In this document: in pieces, positions 10,214-19,893 of the stretch
How positions within the stretch are numbered: position 1 is the stretch's first letter
How the letters are laid out: every line of letters begins with the position of its first letter
Assembly (NCBI GenBank): GCA_943788915.1
Contig: CALSSD010000006.1
Span: 62,001-126,000 of the forward strand
DNA length: 64,000 bases
From: an uncultured Acidimicrobiales bacterium
GTDB lineage: Bacteria > Actinomycetota > Acidimicrobiia > Acidimicrobiales > UBA10347
Direction of reading: 5' to 3'
Notes under the pieces: model-generated
What the model was told of the DNA's origin: nothing
The model's input: the letters and a program-made list of their open reading frames with translations, nothing else
Databases searched by the model: none
Made by a program: the position numbers and the translations under genes

Positions 10214-11802
10214 CAGCTGCCCTCCGCTCGAAGTTCGGCTGTGCCGAGGCCAACATTGATGTTGAGATCGAGCGAGCCATTCTCGCCTTCGAACACCACA
10301 GCGCCGCTATCAACGTTCAGACCTTCGTCAAACGAGACAGAGTTCGTGTTGGGCCGGAAGTGTGAAACCTCGCCCGCCCTTGCCTGCAGTACCGCTTGGC
10401 CACCGGTGTCTTTGGACACGATGACGATCAGCTCACCAATACCGAGATCGATGTCGATCGTGTCGCTTCGTCCTTCGAAGTCGAGTTCAGATAGATCAAC
10501 GACAAGTTGGCCAATGCCATGTTCGTAGGTGGTCTCGAGCTCGGCAATGGACGTTGGCCGATAGGTCGCTTCGCCAACGCCGTCGTCGAGCAAGCCATCA
10601 ACGGCGGAGACAGGGACCAACGCCAACGCAGCCAGGATGCCGAGTGGAATGAGACCGCGGGCGCCACCGCTACGGAGTTGACCAGCCACGACACCAACGC
10701 CAATGGTGACGACACCAATACCCAGCAGTCGAGTGGCACTGACGTTCCACCAGTCGCCGGTTGACGCTGCGAGTCCAACTGCAGCCAGAAGTGCAAGCAG
10801 AGATAACACGGTCCAGGTAATCCGTTGCGGTTTGTGTTCCTTTGGTGCTGGTGGCTCGACGTAGGGAGGTGCAGGTGGAGCGAGGTAGGTGCCGGGCCCT
10901 CCAAGTGTCGGGGGCGGATAACTCGGTTCGAAGCCACTCGAAGGTTGGTAGGGCGTTGTTCCGGAGACGGGTGAGGCACCTGCGAAACCGGGTGTGATCG
11001 CGGTGTGCTGAGACAAGAGCCAGACGCCTCCACCGATAAGTGCGAGAGCGAGGACTGCCCAACTTCCGGTCACGATGCCGAAGGCCAACGCGAGGGCAGC
11101 GATGCCGAAGGTGAGCGTCAATGTTCGTTCGCTGGCAAGCGGTGTGGTGCGCGGAGCTTCGACGAGTCCCTCGGGTCGGAGCGGAATAATGAACCATGCG
11201 GCGATGTACACGAGGAACCCGATCCCGGTAATCGCAGCAACGAGCGTGGCTAACCGGACGATAGTCGGGTCGATTCGGAAGAACTCGGCGATGCCTGCTG
11301 ACACGCCACCGAGCTTGCGGTCATGGCGGGACCTATAGATACGCCGAACCGGCGGTTGGGGGCCATACCCCGGCGGACCTGTCGGTGTCGGGGGCAACTG
11401 GCCTGTGGAGCCGGGCAGAGGTCCTGTTGCCTGGTCAGTGGGGTTCTGGTCAGGAGGATAATGGCCGTCACGGCCTGGCTCAGCATCAGCTTCGGTGGGG
11501 TCAGGTGCAGCGTTCACCGTGTCACCATCATCAGGCAGACTGGTGTTTGCCTCTGCAAGTACCACCTCGTCACCTGTCTGTTCTACCACTGGAGCGCCAT
11601 CACCAGGGGCGGGGTCATCAAGGACGGGGTCATCAGTGGCGGTATCGCCGGAGGCGACACCCAGAGGAACGGCCTCGACAGCGTCGACAACGTCGGCAGT
11701 CGGGTTGATAGGGACGCCGGTGAGATCCTCGACGGGCGACTGGTCATCGGTGTGTTCCGGCAGGTCTTCGGCCGGGCTATCAGCAGGGGGGAAGTTGGTC
11801 AT
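10213..11802 (-). CDS. PspC domain-containing membrane protein with LiaF/DUF2154-like C-terminus
   Basis: RIYRSRHDRKLGGVSAGIAEFFRIDPTIVR PspC motif, several TM helices, GIGQLVVDLSEL tail; acidic/Pro-rich N-terminus. Confidence 0.88.
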   Translation of the reverse strand: MTNFPPADSPAEDLPEHTDDQSPVEDLTGVPINPTADVVDAVEAVPLGVASGDTATDDPVLDDPAPGDGAPVVEQTGDEVVLAEANTSLPDDGDTVNAAPDPTEADAEPGRDGHYPPDQNPTDQATGPLPGSTGQLPPTPTGPPGYGPQPPVRRIYRSRHDRKLGGVSAGIAEFFRIDPTIVRLATLVAAITGIGFLVYIAAWFIIPLRPEGLVEAPRTTPLASERTLTLTFGIAALALAFGIVTGSWAVLALALIGGGVWLLSQHTAITPGFAGASPVSGTTPYQPSSGFEPSYPPPTLGGPGTYLAPPAPPYVEPPAPKEHKPQRITWTVLSLLALLAAVGLAASTGDWWNVSATRLLGIGVVTIGVGVVAGQLRSGGARGLIPLGILAALALVPVSAVDGLLDDGVGEATYRPTSIAELETTYEHGIGQLVVDLSELDFEGRSDTIDIDLGIGELIVIVSKDTGGQAVLQARAGEVSHFRPNTNSVSFDEGLNVDSGAVVFEGENGSLDLNINVGLGTAELRAEGS

Positions 11803-11837
11803 AATCCCATGGTGAAGAAGAGACGAGCTCAGCGGTA

Positions 11838-11906
11838 TCGGGATCGCCCCTGACTTATCCCTGAGACCCAGGATTCGCCTCAGGGGTTAACCGGGGTCGT
11901 CCCCGA
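11838..11906. promoter_or_regulatory. symmetric array of TCAGGG/CCCTGA-type sites between divergent pspC and kinase genes
   Basis: TCGGGA-N4-CCCTGA-N5-CCCTGA ... TCAGGG-N5-CCGGGG-N4-CCCCGA. Confidence 0.55.
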
Positions 11907-11938
11907 CAGGCACATCACGTTTGCCGTGCCACTATGGG

Positions 11939-13198
11939 GTGGTGAGTTCCCCTGTCGACACGCCCAGTGGGGCCCCGTCCCGTTCCGGTCCAGCGTTCGA
12001 CGTATGGCAGCTCCCACGGCTCAACCCAGAAGACCGACTGGTGACCGGCACCGCCGCAGGTATCGCCCGAGAAGTCGGTATCGATCCGGCGTACGTCCGG
12101 GTGTCGTTTGTGGTGCTCTCGCTCGCTGGCGGGTGGGGCCTTGTGTTGTACGTGGCGGCATGGTTCTTCATGAGTCGACGTTCTCTGTCGGCAGAGCCCT
12201 ATGTCCCGGTTGACAAGGCCGTGACACCGCAGGTCCGACTGATCGCGTCTGGCATGGTTTTCACCGGTCTGGTGGTGTTGTCGACCGTCTACGGCCTGTC
12301 GTTCCTTGGGCCGTTGGTGTGGCCCACGGTATTCATCGGTGCTGCGGTCGCGATCGGGCTTGATCGGAGCCGTCTCGATCGGCTTCGCCCGCTGGGTGAC
12401 ATGCAGAATCGCACCATTGGCACCAGGGTCGTACTTGGTCTGGCGCTGTTGTTCGCTGGTGTGATCAGCGCGTCGTTTGTGAGTTTGAGTTTCTGGCAGG
12501 CCATTGGCGGCATCGGTGTTGCCGCTCTGGTGCTGCTCGGGGCAGGCATCGTGTTCGCTCCTGTCATCAGCAGCCTTGGTGCCGACTTGATGGCCGAACG
12601 ACGCCGGCGGATCCGCAGCGAAGAACGAGCCGATATGGCTGCGCACCTGCACGATTCGGTGTTGCAGACGCTCACGCTTATCCAGAAACGTTCACACGAC
12701 GCAAGCGTGGTCAGCCTGGCCCGCCGCCAGGAACGAGAACTACGCACCTGGCTGTTCGATGACAAGGCCATGCACCCGAATCTCGGGTTCCGTGCTGGCC
12801 TCGAAGCAGCCATGGCTGATGTCGAAGACAGGTACCAACTGCCGCTTGAAGTCGTGGTTGTTGGCGACTGCCCGACCGACGACGATGTGGCTGCGTTGTT
12901 ACAGGCGACACGAGAGGCTGCGTCGAATGCGGCGACCCATTCAGGAGCTGCTCGCATCGACGTGTTTGCCGAGGTCGGACATGGGGCCATCGAGGTGTTT
13001 GTGCGGGACCTTGGTAGGGGGTTTGACCCAGCCGATGTCGACACTGACCGAGCCGGCGTCCGAGACTCGATCATCGGGCGGATGGAACGCCATGGTGGCA
13101 CCGCCGAAGTACACAGCAACACTGGGCAAGGCACCGAAGTCGAACTACGCATGCCGCGCCGTCAAGCCACGAACCCTGACGAAGTGGAGACCTTCTGA
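11939..13198 (+). CDS. PspC-domain sensor histidine kinase
   Basis: N-terminal PspC-like domain, TM segments, AHLHDSVLQTL H-box, EAASNAATH N-box, VRDLGRGFD. Confidence 0.9.
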   Translation: MVSSPVDTPSGAPSRSGPAFDVWQLPRLNPEDRLVTGTAAGIAREVGIDPAYVRVSFVVLSLAGGWGLVLYVAAWFFMSRRSLSAEPYVPVDKAVTPQVRLIASGMVFTGLVVLSTVYGLSFLGPLVWPTVFIGAAVAIGLDRSRLDRLRPLGDMQNRTIGTRVVLGLALLFAGVISASFVSLSFWQAIGGIGVAALVLLGAGIVFAPVISSLGADLMAERRRRIRSEERADMAAHLHDSVLQTLTLIQKRSHDASVVSLARRQERELRTWLFDDKAMHPNLGFRAGLEAAMADVEDRYQLPLEVVVVGDCPTDDDVAALLQATREAASNAATHSGAARIDVFAEVGHGAIEVFVRDLGRGFDPADVDTDRAGVRDSIIGRMERHGGTAEVHSNTGQGTEVELRMPRRQATNPDEVETF

Positions 13199-13842
13199 TG
13201 ACCGAACCAATTCGTGTGGTGCTGGTCGACGATCACGCGCTCGTGCGTGCAGGGGTGAGAGCCGAGATTGGCGATCACGTCAACGTTGTAGGCGAAGCCG
13301 ACGATGTCGAAGGAGCGATCGACGTCATCTGTGCGCTCAAACCCGATGTTGTCCTGCTCGATGTCCATCTGCCGGGCGGCGATGGGCCAGCGGTTATCGA
13401 AGGTGTCAAGCGGGCCAACGTCGAGACCTGCTTCCTGGCACTGTCGGTGTCGGACGCAGCCGAAGACGTCATCGCCGTGATCCGCTCCGGCGCTCGGGGG
13501 TATGTGACCAAGGCGATCGACGGTTCTGAACTCATCGATGCAATCACACGAGTCGCCGCTGGCGACGCAGTGTTCTCGCCCCGACTCGCAGGGTTCGTCC
13601 TCGATGCGTTTGCCGGTCAGATCCCGGCTGCCGAGATCGACCCTGAGCTCGATCAGCTCACCAACCGGGAACAAGAAGTGCTTCGGTTGCTTGCACGCGG
13701 GTACGCCTACAAAGAAGTCGCATCCCGGCTTACTATCTCGGTGAAGACGGTCGAAACTCATGCGTCGTCGGTGTTACGCAAACTGCAACTGTCGAACCGG
13801 CACGAACTCAGTCGTTGGGCAGCACATCGCCGCTTGATCTAA
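13198..13842 (+). CDS. NarL/LuxR family response regulator
   Basis: VVLVDDH receiver, LLDVHLP, LTNREQEVL...ISVKTVETH HTH. Confidence 0.95.
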   Translation: MTEPIRVVLVDDHALVRAGVRAEIGDHVNVVGEADDVEGAIDVICALKPDVVLLDVHLPGGDGPAVIEGVKRANVETCFLALSVSDAAEDVIAVIRSGARGYVTKAIDGSELIDAITRVAAGDAVFSPRLAGFVLDAFAGQIPAAEIDPELDQLTNREQEVLRLLARGYAYKEVASRLTISVKTVETHASSVLRKLQLSNRHELSRWAAHRRLI

Positions 13843-13878
13843 AACTGAAGGGTCCGCCACCAGAGAGACCTACTGCGT

Positions 13879-14664
13879 ATGTCCGACCAAGAACAGCCCG
13901 TGCTCTATGAGAAGACGGGGCATGTCGTCACAATTACCTACAACCGGCCAGAGCGACGCAACGCTATCAACGGAGCGATGCGCGACGAACTCAACGCTGC
14001 CTGGTTGCGCTTCCGAGACGACGAGGACGCCTGGGTGGCAATCATGACGGGAGCAGGAACCGTCTTCTGTGGTGGTGCTGACCTCAAAGATGGCACAGGC
14101 GCAACCGGCACCTTTGCAGGCACATATTGGGAGAAACCCACAGTGAACAGTTTCGAAAGCGGGCTTGAGCTGTTTAAGCCGGTCATCGCTGCGGTGAACG
14201 GGCCCTGCGTCGGCTACGGATTGACCGGCGTAAGTTTTGCCGATTTCGCGATTGCCAGCGATCGAGCAACGTTCTCGTATCCAGAAGTACGCATCGGTAT
14301 CCCGACAATCGTTGGGTCGATTCGACTGCCTCGACGACTGAATTGGTCCGATGCCATGGAACTTCTGATGATCGGTGAACCAATCAGTGCTGAACGAGCC
14401 AAGGAAATGGGTTTGGTGTGGAAGGTCGTCGATCACGATGATCTGATGGTCGAGGCGCGGGCACTGGCCGACAGGCTGGTCATGTCGGCCCCAATCGCCA
14501 GTCGCGTCGTCAAAGAAGTCGCAACACGAACCCGTGACATGGGCTGGACCGAGTCGGTCCGTTTCGGTGAGACGATGCGCATCGTTGCCAACCAGATGGA
14601 CGACGCTAAGGAAGGCCTGGCGTCGTTCCGTGAGAAACGCCCACCGGAATGGAAAGGCAAGTGA
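13879..14664 (+). CDS. enoyl-CoA hydratase/isomerase family protein
   Basis: NRPERRNAI, FCGGADLK, KPVIAAVNGPCVGYG, PEVRIG, FREKRPPEWKG. Confidence 0.92.
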   Translation: MSDQEQPVLYEKTGHVVTITYNRPERRNAINGAMRDELNAAWLRFRDDEDAWVAIMTGAGTVFCGGADLKDGTGATGTFAGTYWEKPTVNSFESGLELFKPVIAAVNGPCVGYGLTGVSFADFAIASDRATFSYPEVRIGIPTIVGSIRLPRRLNWSDAMELLMIGEPISAERAKEMGLVWKVVDHDDLMVEARALADRLVMSAPIASRVVKEVATRTRDMGWTESVRFGETMRIVANQMDDAKEGLASFREKRPPEWKGK

Positions 14665-14680
14665 TCGCCCACATCGCGCG

Positions 14681-14706
14681 CACCTGCAGGGTCAGACCCC
14701 AGATGT
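14681..14706. repeat. REP-like palindromic element, copy 1
   Basis: Core GGGTCAGACCCC overlapping the stop of the convergent EEP gene; reverse-complement copy at 18093-18125. Confidence 0.4.
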
Positions 14707-15408
14707 GAGCGCCTGGAGGTTTGCCCGGATTGCACGATGGTCCGAGCCCATCTCTGGCAGGACCTGGGACCTGAGCACCTCGACCTGGCTGCTGACCAAG
14801 AGATGGTCGATCTGGCTATGGGGCCGTTTCGCTGGAAAGGTACGGCCTCGGACCGCAGAACGTAGTGGCGTGGTGTCGCGTCGCACGACGGGCCCCCACA
14901 TGTTGAGGTCGCCGACGACGATGTCGTTGTTGGCCGCTGTCACCTTGAGTTCGCGTCGCTCCCGCATCCATGCACGAGGTGTCGTGGACCGGACCAGATG
15001 GATCCCGTAGAGATGGGCAGCAGCGATGGTGAGCCCGGAGTCGACCAGTTCCGCTCGCACGATCGCACGCTGCCCGAAATTGCCAAATTGCGGCATGATC
15101 TGCGGTGGAAGCGGCCGAGTAGGGATCCTCGTGAGCATGACCATGCGCCACGGCACGGTTTCGCGTTTGCGGCTGGGGCGATCTGCTACCCATTGATGGA
15201 GGTCATAATCCAGCCTTTCGGCCAGTTCCTCGGCCCACATGGCCTTAGGTTGGCCAAAACGCCACGCTTCTGGCAGCACCAGTACGTCGGCGTCGAGGGC
15301 CTCAAGATCATCTTCGATACGTAGATTAGGTGTCCACGCTCGGCGGTTTGCGGTGTGATGCAGACCTTGGAAGATGTTCCAAGACACGATTGTGAATGGC
15401 TTGCTCAC
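14692..15408 (-). CDS. endonuclease/exonuclease/phosphatase family protein
   Basis: SWNI, VVGDLN, QIDHLLV, GSDHRAI motifs. Confidence 0.88.
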   Translation of the reverse strand: MSKPFTIVSWNIFQGLHHTANRRAWTPNLRIEDDLEALDADVLVLPEAWRFGQPKAMWAEELAERLDYDLHQWVADRPSRKRETVPWRMVMLTRIPTRPLPPQIMPQFGNFGQRAIVRAELVDSGLTIAAAHLYGIHLVRSTTPRAWMRERRELKVTAANNDIVVGDLNMWGPVVRRDTTPLRSAVRGRTFPAKRPHSQIDHLLVSSQVEVLRSQVLPEMGSDHRAIRANLQALTSGV

Positions 15409-15498
15409 GCAGCGAAGGTAGTCCGTTTCGAGCGCACGGCGGCGACAGTGCCGGTATTCACGCTTGACCCCACATCACTTCACGTAGACTTCGCCGCC

Positions 15499-18072
15499 AT
15501 GGAAGCCCGTGACCTACGCAAAGCGTTCCGAGACTATTTCGTGTCCAAGGACCACACCGCGGTCGAGAGTGCGAGTTTGATTCCACATGACCCCACCGTG
15601 ATGTTCACGGTCGCGGGCATGGTGCCGTTCAAGCCGTACTTCGTCGGTGAAGAGACCCCTCCGTACAAACGTGCAGTCACTGTGCAGAAGTGCGCCCGAG
15701 CCGGCGGTAAACACAACGACCTCGACGAAATTGGTCGCACCAAACGCCATCTCACCTTCTTCGAGATGATGGGAAACTTCAGCTTCGGTGACTACTTCAA
15801 GACCGACGCCATCCCTTTTGCCTGGGAGTTCACAACCGAGGTACTGGGTCTTGACCCTGAACACCTCTGGGTCACGGTGCACCTGAGCGACGACGAGGCT
15901 GAACAGATCTGGATCGACGAGGTCGGCGTGCGCCCCGAGCGGGTGCAGCGACTCGACGAAGACAACTATTGGAAGATGGCAGACACCGGCCCCAACGGTC
16001 CATGTTCTGAGCTGTTCATCGACAAGGGCGCTGCCTTTGGAGCCGATGGAGGCCCCGCCCATGGCGGCGACGAGCGCTTCCTAGAGTTCTGGAACCTGGT
16101 GTTCATGCAGTATGACACCAAGGAAAGTGGCGAGAAGGTCCTTCTTCCCGCACCAAGCATCGATACCGGAGCTGGCCTCGAACGTATTCTCACCCTGCTG
16201 CAGGGTGTCGACTCGGTTTTTGAGATCGACGAAATGAAACGTCTGGTCGACAAGGCCTGCGATCTGTCCGGCCTGGTCTACGGCAAGGACGAGGCCAGCG
16301 ACGTGTCGGCCCGCATTCTGGCTGAGCACAGCCGGGCCATGACCTTCCTGATCAGCGATGGTGTCTTCCCCAACAACGAAGGCCGGGGTTATGTGTTGCG
16401 TCGCATCATGCGTCGTGCCATTCGCCATGCCTACATGCTTGGTGTAAATGACCTCATCACCCCCCACCTCGTCGACGAAGTTGTCGCCATCATGGGCAGC
16501 GACTATCCGGAAATCGTCGAGAACCATGAGTTGGTGACCGGCATCGTCGTGCGAGAAGAAGAAAGTTTCCGCAAGACCCTCAAACAGGGTTCGATCATGC
16601 TCGATGCCGAACTCGATGGGCTCGAAACCGGACAAAAACTCTCCGGCGCCACTGCCTTCCAGCTCCATGACACGTTCGGGTTCCCGCTCGAGGTCACCGA
16701 GGAAATTGCTGCAGAGCGCGACGTCGTCGTGAACACCGAAGAGTTCGAGACCCATATGGGCGAACAGCGTGATCGCGCTCGAGCTGACCAGAAGGCCAAG
16801 AGCGGCGCTGGCGACGATGTAAGCCAGTTCGTTTCCTTGGTCGATGAACACGGCCCGACCGAGTTCACTGGCCGCCACGAACACGAATCAACCGCCACGG
16901 TGCTGGCGGTCACCGACGCTGGTGTGGTGCTTGATCGCACGCCGTTCTACGCCGCATCCGGTGGCCAGATCGGCGATACCGGATTCGTTACTGGTGCAAT
17001 GGGTCCGCTCGACATTACCGACACGACCTATGTGGTCCCCGGGCTTCATCTCCACCATGCAGAACATGCATCGTCCAAGCTGCATGTGGGCGACACCGTG
17101 ACCGTGACCATCGACGGCGACCGTCGTGCCTCAATTATGCGGAATCACACCGGTACCCACCTGCTCCATGCTGCGCTCCGCGAGATTCTTGGCGACCATG
17201 TGAAACAGCAAGGTTCGTGGGTTGGCCCTGACCGGCTTCGGTTCGACTTCAGTCACTACGACGCGGTCACGCCCGAACAGATGGCACAGATCGAAGACTT
17301 CGTGAATGCCGAAGTACTGGCGAACCCGGACACCAGCCATGAAGAAATGTCGATGGACGATGCCAAGGACAAGGGCGCCATTGCGTTCTTCGGCGATAAA
17401 TACGGCGATGTCGTACGCGTGCTCGAGGCTGGCCCGAAGTCCGTCGAACTCTGCGGCGGCACCCATGTGCATCGCCTGGGCGATATCGGACCGATGAAGA
17501 TTCTGTCCGAAGGATCGATCGGTTCAAGCGTTCGTCGCATCGAGGCTGTGACAGGTACTGGACCAATCGAACGGCTCCGCGAGGAAGAAACCCGCATCGC
17601 TCAGATGGCAGATGTCTTGGGCGTGCCAATTCCTGAAGTCGTCGATGGAGCAAACAAGCGCGTGGCCGAGATCAAGGCGCTGCGATCCGAGATCGCCGAC
17701 CTGCGGCGCCAGCTCGCGGTTGGCCAGTCCGGCACGCTCGCTGCTAAAGCAGTCGACGGCGTCGTCGTGGAGCGGGTCGAAGGACTCGACCGAGACGGTG
17801 TTCGCGATCTTGCCGTAGCAATCCGAGACACCGATGGTGTCGATGTTGTCGTGCTCGGGTGCGCTCCCGAAGGTGGCGGCGTCACCCTGGTGGCCGCTGC
17901 GAGCGCCGATGGCCCTTTCAGCGCAGGCGAACTCATCGCCGATGCCGCCAAGCTCATCAAGGGTGGCGGCGGCAAAGGTGCTGACCTGGCAGTTGCCGGT
18001 GGCAAGGATCCTGAAGGACTCGACGCAGCCCTCGAGACCGCTCATCAAGCAGCGCTATCAGTCCTTGCGTAG
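15499..18072 (+). CDS. alaS: alanine--tRNA ligase
   Basis: FTVAGMVPFK, HLTFFEMMGNFSFGDYFK, NHTGTHLLH, ELCGGTH, KGGGGK. Confidence 0.98.
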   Translation: MEARDLRKAFRDYFVSKDHTAVESASLIPHDPTVMFTVAGMVPFKPYFVGEETPPYKRAVTVQKCARAGGKHNDLDEIGRTKRHLTFFEMMGNFSFGDYFKTDAIPFAWEFTTEVLGLDPEHLWVTVHLSDDEAEQIWIDEVGVRPERVQRLDEDNYWKMADTGPNGPCSELFIDKGAAFGADGGPAHGGDERFLEFWNLVFMQYDTKESGEKVLLPAPSIDTGAGLERILTLLQGVDSVFEIDEMKRLVDKACDLSGLVYGKDEASDVSARILAEHSRAMTFLISDGVFPNNEGRGYVLRRIMRRAIRHAYMLGVNDLITPHLVDEVVAIMGSDYPEIVENHELVTGIVVREEESFRKTLKQGSIMLDAELDGLETGQKLSGATAFQLHDTFGFPLEVTEEIAAERDVVVNTEEFETHMGEQRDRARADQKAKSGAGDDVSQFVSLVDEHGPTEFTGRHEHESTATVLAVTDAGVVLDRTPFYAASGGQIGDTGFVTGAMGPLDITDTTYVVPGLHLHHAEHASSKLHVGDTVTVTIDGDRRASIMRNHTGTHLLHAALREILGDHVKQQGSWVGPDRLRFDFSHYDAVTPEQMAQIEDFVNAEVLANPDTSHEEMSMDDAKDKGAIAFFGDKYGDVVRVLEAGPKSVELCGGTHVHRLGDIGPMKILSEGSIGSSVRRIEAVTGTGPIERLREEETRIAQMADVLGVPIPEVVDGANKRVAEIKALRSEIADLRRQLAVGQSGTLAAKAVDGVVVERVEGLDRDGVRDLAVAIRDTDGVDVVVLGCAPEGGGVTLVAAASADGPFSAGELIADAAKLIKGGGGKGADLAVAGGKDPEGLDAALETAHQAALSVLA

Positions 18073-18092
18073 ATCCGGCGTGGCCCAATCCA

Positions 18093-18125
18093 CTGTGCAC
18101 CTGGGGTCTGACCCCCGGTGCACAG
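18093..18125. repeat. REP-like hairpin, copy 2 (alaS-ruvX spacer)
   Basis: CTGTGCACC-TGGGG-TCTGA-CCCCC-GGTGCACAG. Confidence 0.5.
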
Positions 18126-18144
18126 GTAGGAAGATGGACCGCGC

Positions 18145-18603
18145 ATGACTGAGAACTCGCGAATGGCTGAGAACTATGGTCGCGTGATTGGCGTGGACCT
18201 TGGTGATTCGCGTGTCGGGATTGCGCTGAGCAATCCAGATCGCACATTGGCGAGCCCACTTGAGGTCCTCAAACGAACCGGCAATCTACATCGTGACATC
18301 GCCAAAATTGTCGACGAGTGGGAAGCCACGGTTGTTGTTGTCGGCCTGCCGTTGTCGCTCGACGGGTCGATGGGACCTGCCGCGAAGAAGGCGGTAAAGG
18401 AAGTTACACGGATGGGTGCCACCCTGCGGGTACCTATCGAGACCTACGATGAACGGCTGACAACCGTCACCGCCGAACGCTTGATGACCGATGCTGGGCT
18501 CGATAGCCGAAACCAGCGCAAAGTCGTCGACAAGATCGCTGCTGCGATCATGCTGCAGGCGTGGCTCGATCGCCAGGCACACATCTACCGCGAACATGAC
18601 TGA
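18145..18603 (+). CDS. ruvX: Holliday junction resolvase-like / pre-16S rRNA nuclease RuvX (YqgF)
   Basis: GVDLGDSRVGIA, VVGLPLSLDG, DERLTT, VDKIAAAIMLQ. Confidence 0.94.
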   Translation: MTENSRMAENYGRVIGVDLGDSRVGIALSNPDRTLASPLEVLKRTGNLHRDIAKIVDEWEATVVVVGLPLSLDGSMGPAAKKAVKEVTRMGATLRVPIETYDERLTTVTAERLMTDAGLDSRNQRKVVDKIAAAIMLQAWLDRQAHIYREHD

Positions 18604-19888
18604 CCTCACCACAACCGATTCGGACGCATCTCGCGGTGGTCAACAGCGCGCGCACCCCGGCCCCGACTTCGATCCCATGCTCCCCACCGGCGCCGTTCCG
18701 CCACGGGGAGGTATCGACCCGCTCTCGCCCGACTTCCACGACCCAAACTACGACCCTGAAGAGTGGGAGCGTCTTCCGCGGCGCACCACGTTTGGTTTTC
18801 GCCTTGGTGTCATCGCTCTCATCGTGCTGCTGGGCGGGGCGTTTCTCTACTCGCGTGCCAACGCATGGTTGGACAGCCAAATCGATCCACCAGGGTTGCA
18901 GGGTGACCGACTTGTACTTGAGGTTCCATCAGGCGCAACCGATAGTGATGTCATGCGGATCCTGGCCGATGCGGGGATCATCTCGAATTCGACCGTGGCG
19001 CAGTATTGGATCCGGGCGAACGAGGTCGGCGAGTTCCAGGCTGGTGACTATGAGTTCCGCGAGAACAGCTCCTTCGATGAGGCCGTCGCCGTGTTACGAG
19101 CCGGTCCGCTTCCGCCGGTCTTCAAACGATTGACGCTCCCCGAGGGCCTGTGGAGTGGCGATATGCGTAATGTCATGCTGGACAACCTGGCGCTGCTCGA
19201 CCCGGGAGATCTCGACGAGGCCATGAATAACGGCCAGATTCGTAGCCAGTTTCAGCCTGTTGGTGAACAATCGCTCGAAGGACTCATGTTCCCGGCGACC
19301 TATCAGATCGGCGAAGACGAATCGGCGAACGAACGGGCCATGGTCCAGCGGTTGGTGAACACCATGGACACGGTGCTCATTGAGCTTGGTGTTGACCAAG
19401 GACTGCGACTCGAGAATGGCCTCGAACTCTCACCGTATGAATTGATCATCGTCGCATCGATGATCGAAGAAGAAGCCAAACTCGACGAAGACCGGGCCAA
19501 GATCGCCCGCGTCATCTACAACCGCCTCATCGATGGCGAGGCCCTCGGCATCGACGCAACCACCATCTACGGCGTGCACCTCGAACGGTGCGCCGAGGAC
19601 TTCCGATGTTCGAATCCCAGCACTGGTTTCAGCTGGTATGACCCCGAGTTGTTCCAATCACAGCTCGACGACACAACCGCCCCGTACAACTCACGAGTGG
19701 TGCCTGGTTTGCCACCAACGCCGATCTCGTCGCCAGGCCGCGCATCGCTCAGTGCTGCTCTCAATCCCGAACCGGGTCCATGGAAGTGGTACGTGCTCAT
19801 CGACACCGACGGTCGACACTTCTTCACCGACAGTTTCGCTGAGTTCGAACAAGCAGCAGCTGAAGCCCGCGCCAACGGCGTCTTCTGA
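18596..19888 (+). CDS. mltG: endolytic transglycosylase MltG
   Basis: Single TM, LTLPEG, LEGLMFPATY, ASMIEEEA, IARVIYNRL, GLPPTPISSPG. Confidence 0.93.
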   Translation: MTDLTTTDSDASRGGQQRAHPGPDFDPMLPTGAVPPRGGIDPLSPDFHDPNYDPEEWERLPRRTTFGFRLGVIALIVLLGGAFLYSRANAWLDSQIDPPGLQGDRLVLEVPSGATDSDVMRILADAGIISNSTVAQYWIRANEVGEFQAGDYEFRENSSFDEAVAVLRAGPLPPVFKRLTLPEGLWSGDMRNVMLDNLALLDPGDLDEAMNNGQIRSQFQPVGEQSLEGLMFPATYQIGEDESANERAMVQRLVNTMDTVLIELGVDQGLRLENGLELSPYELIIVASMIEEEAKLDEDRAKIARVIYNRLIDGEALGIDATTIYGVHLERCAEDFRCSNPSTGFSWYDPELFQSQLDDTTAPYNSRVVPGLPPTPISSPGRASLSAALNPEPGPWKWYVLIDTDGRHFFTDSFAEFEQAAAEARANGVF

Positions 19889-19893
19889 CCTCT

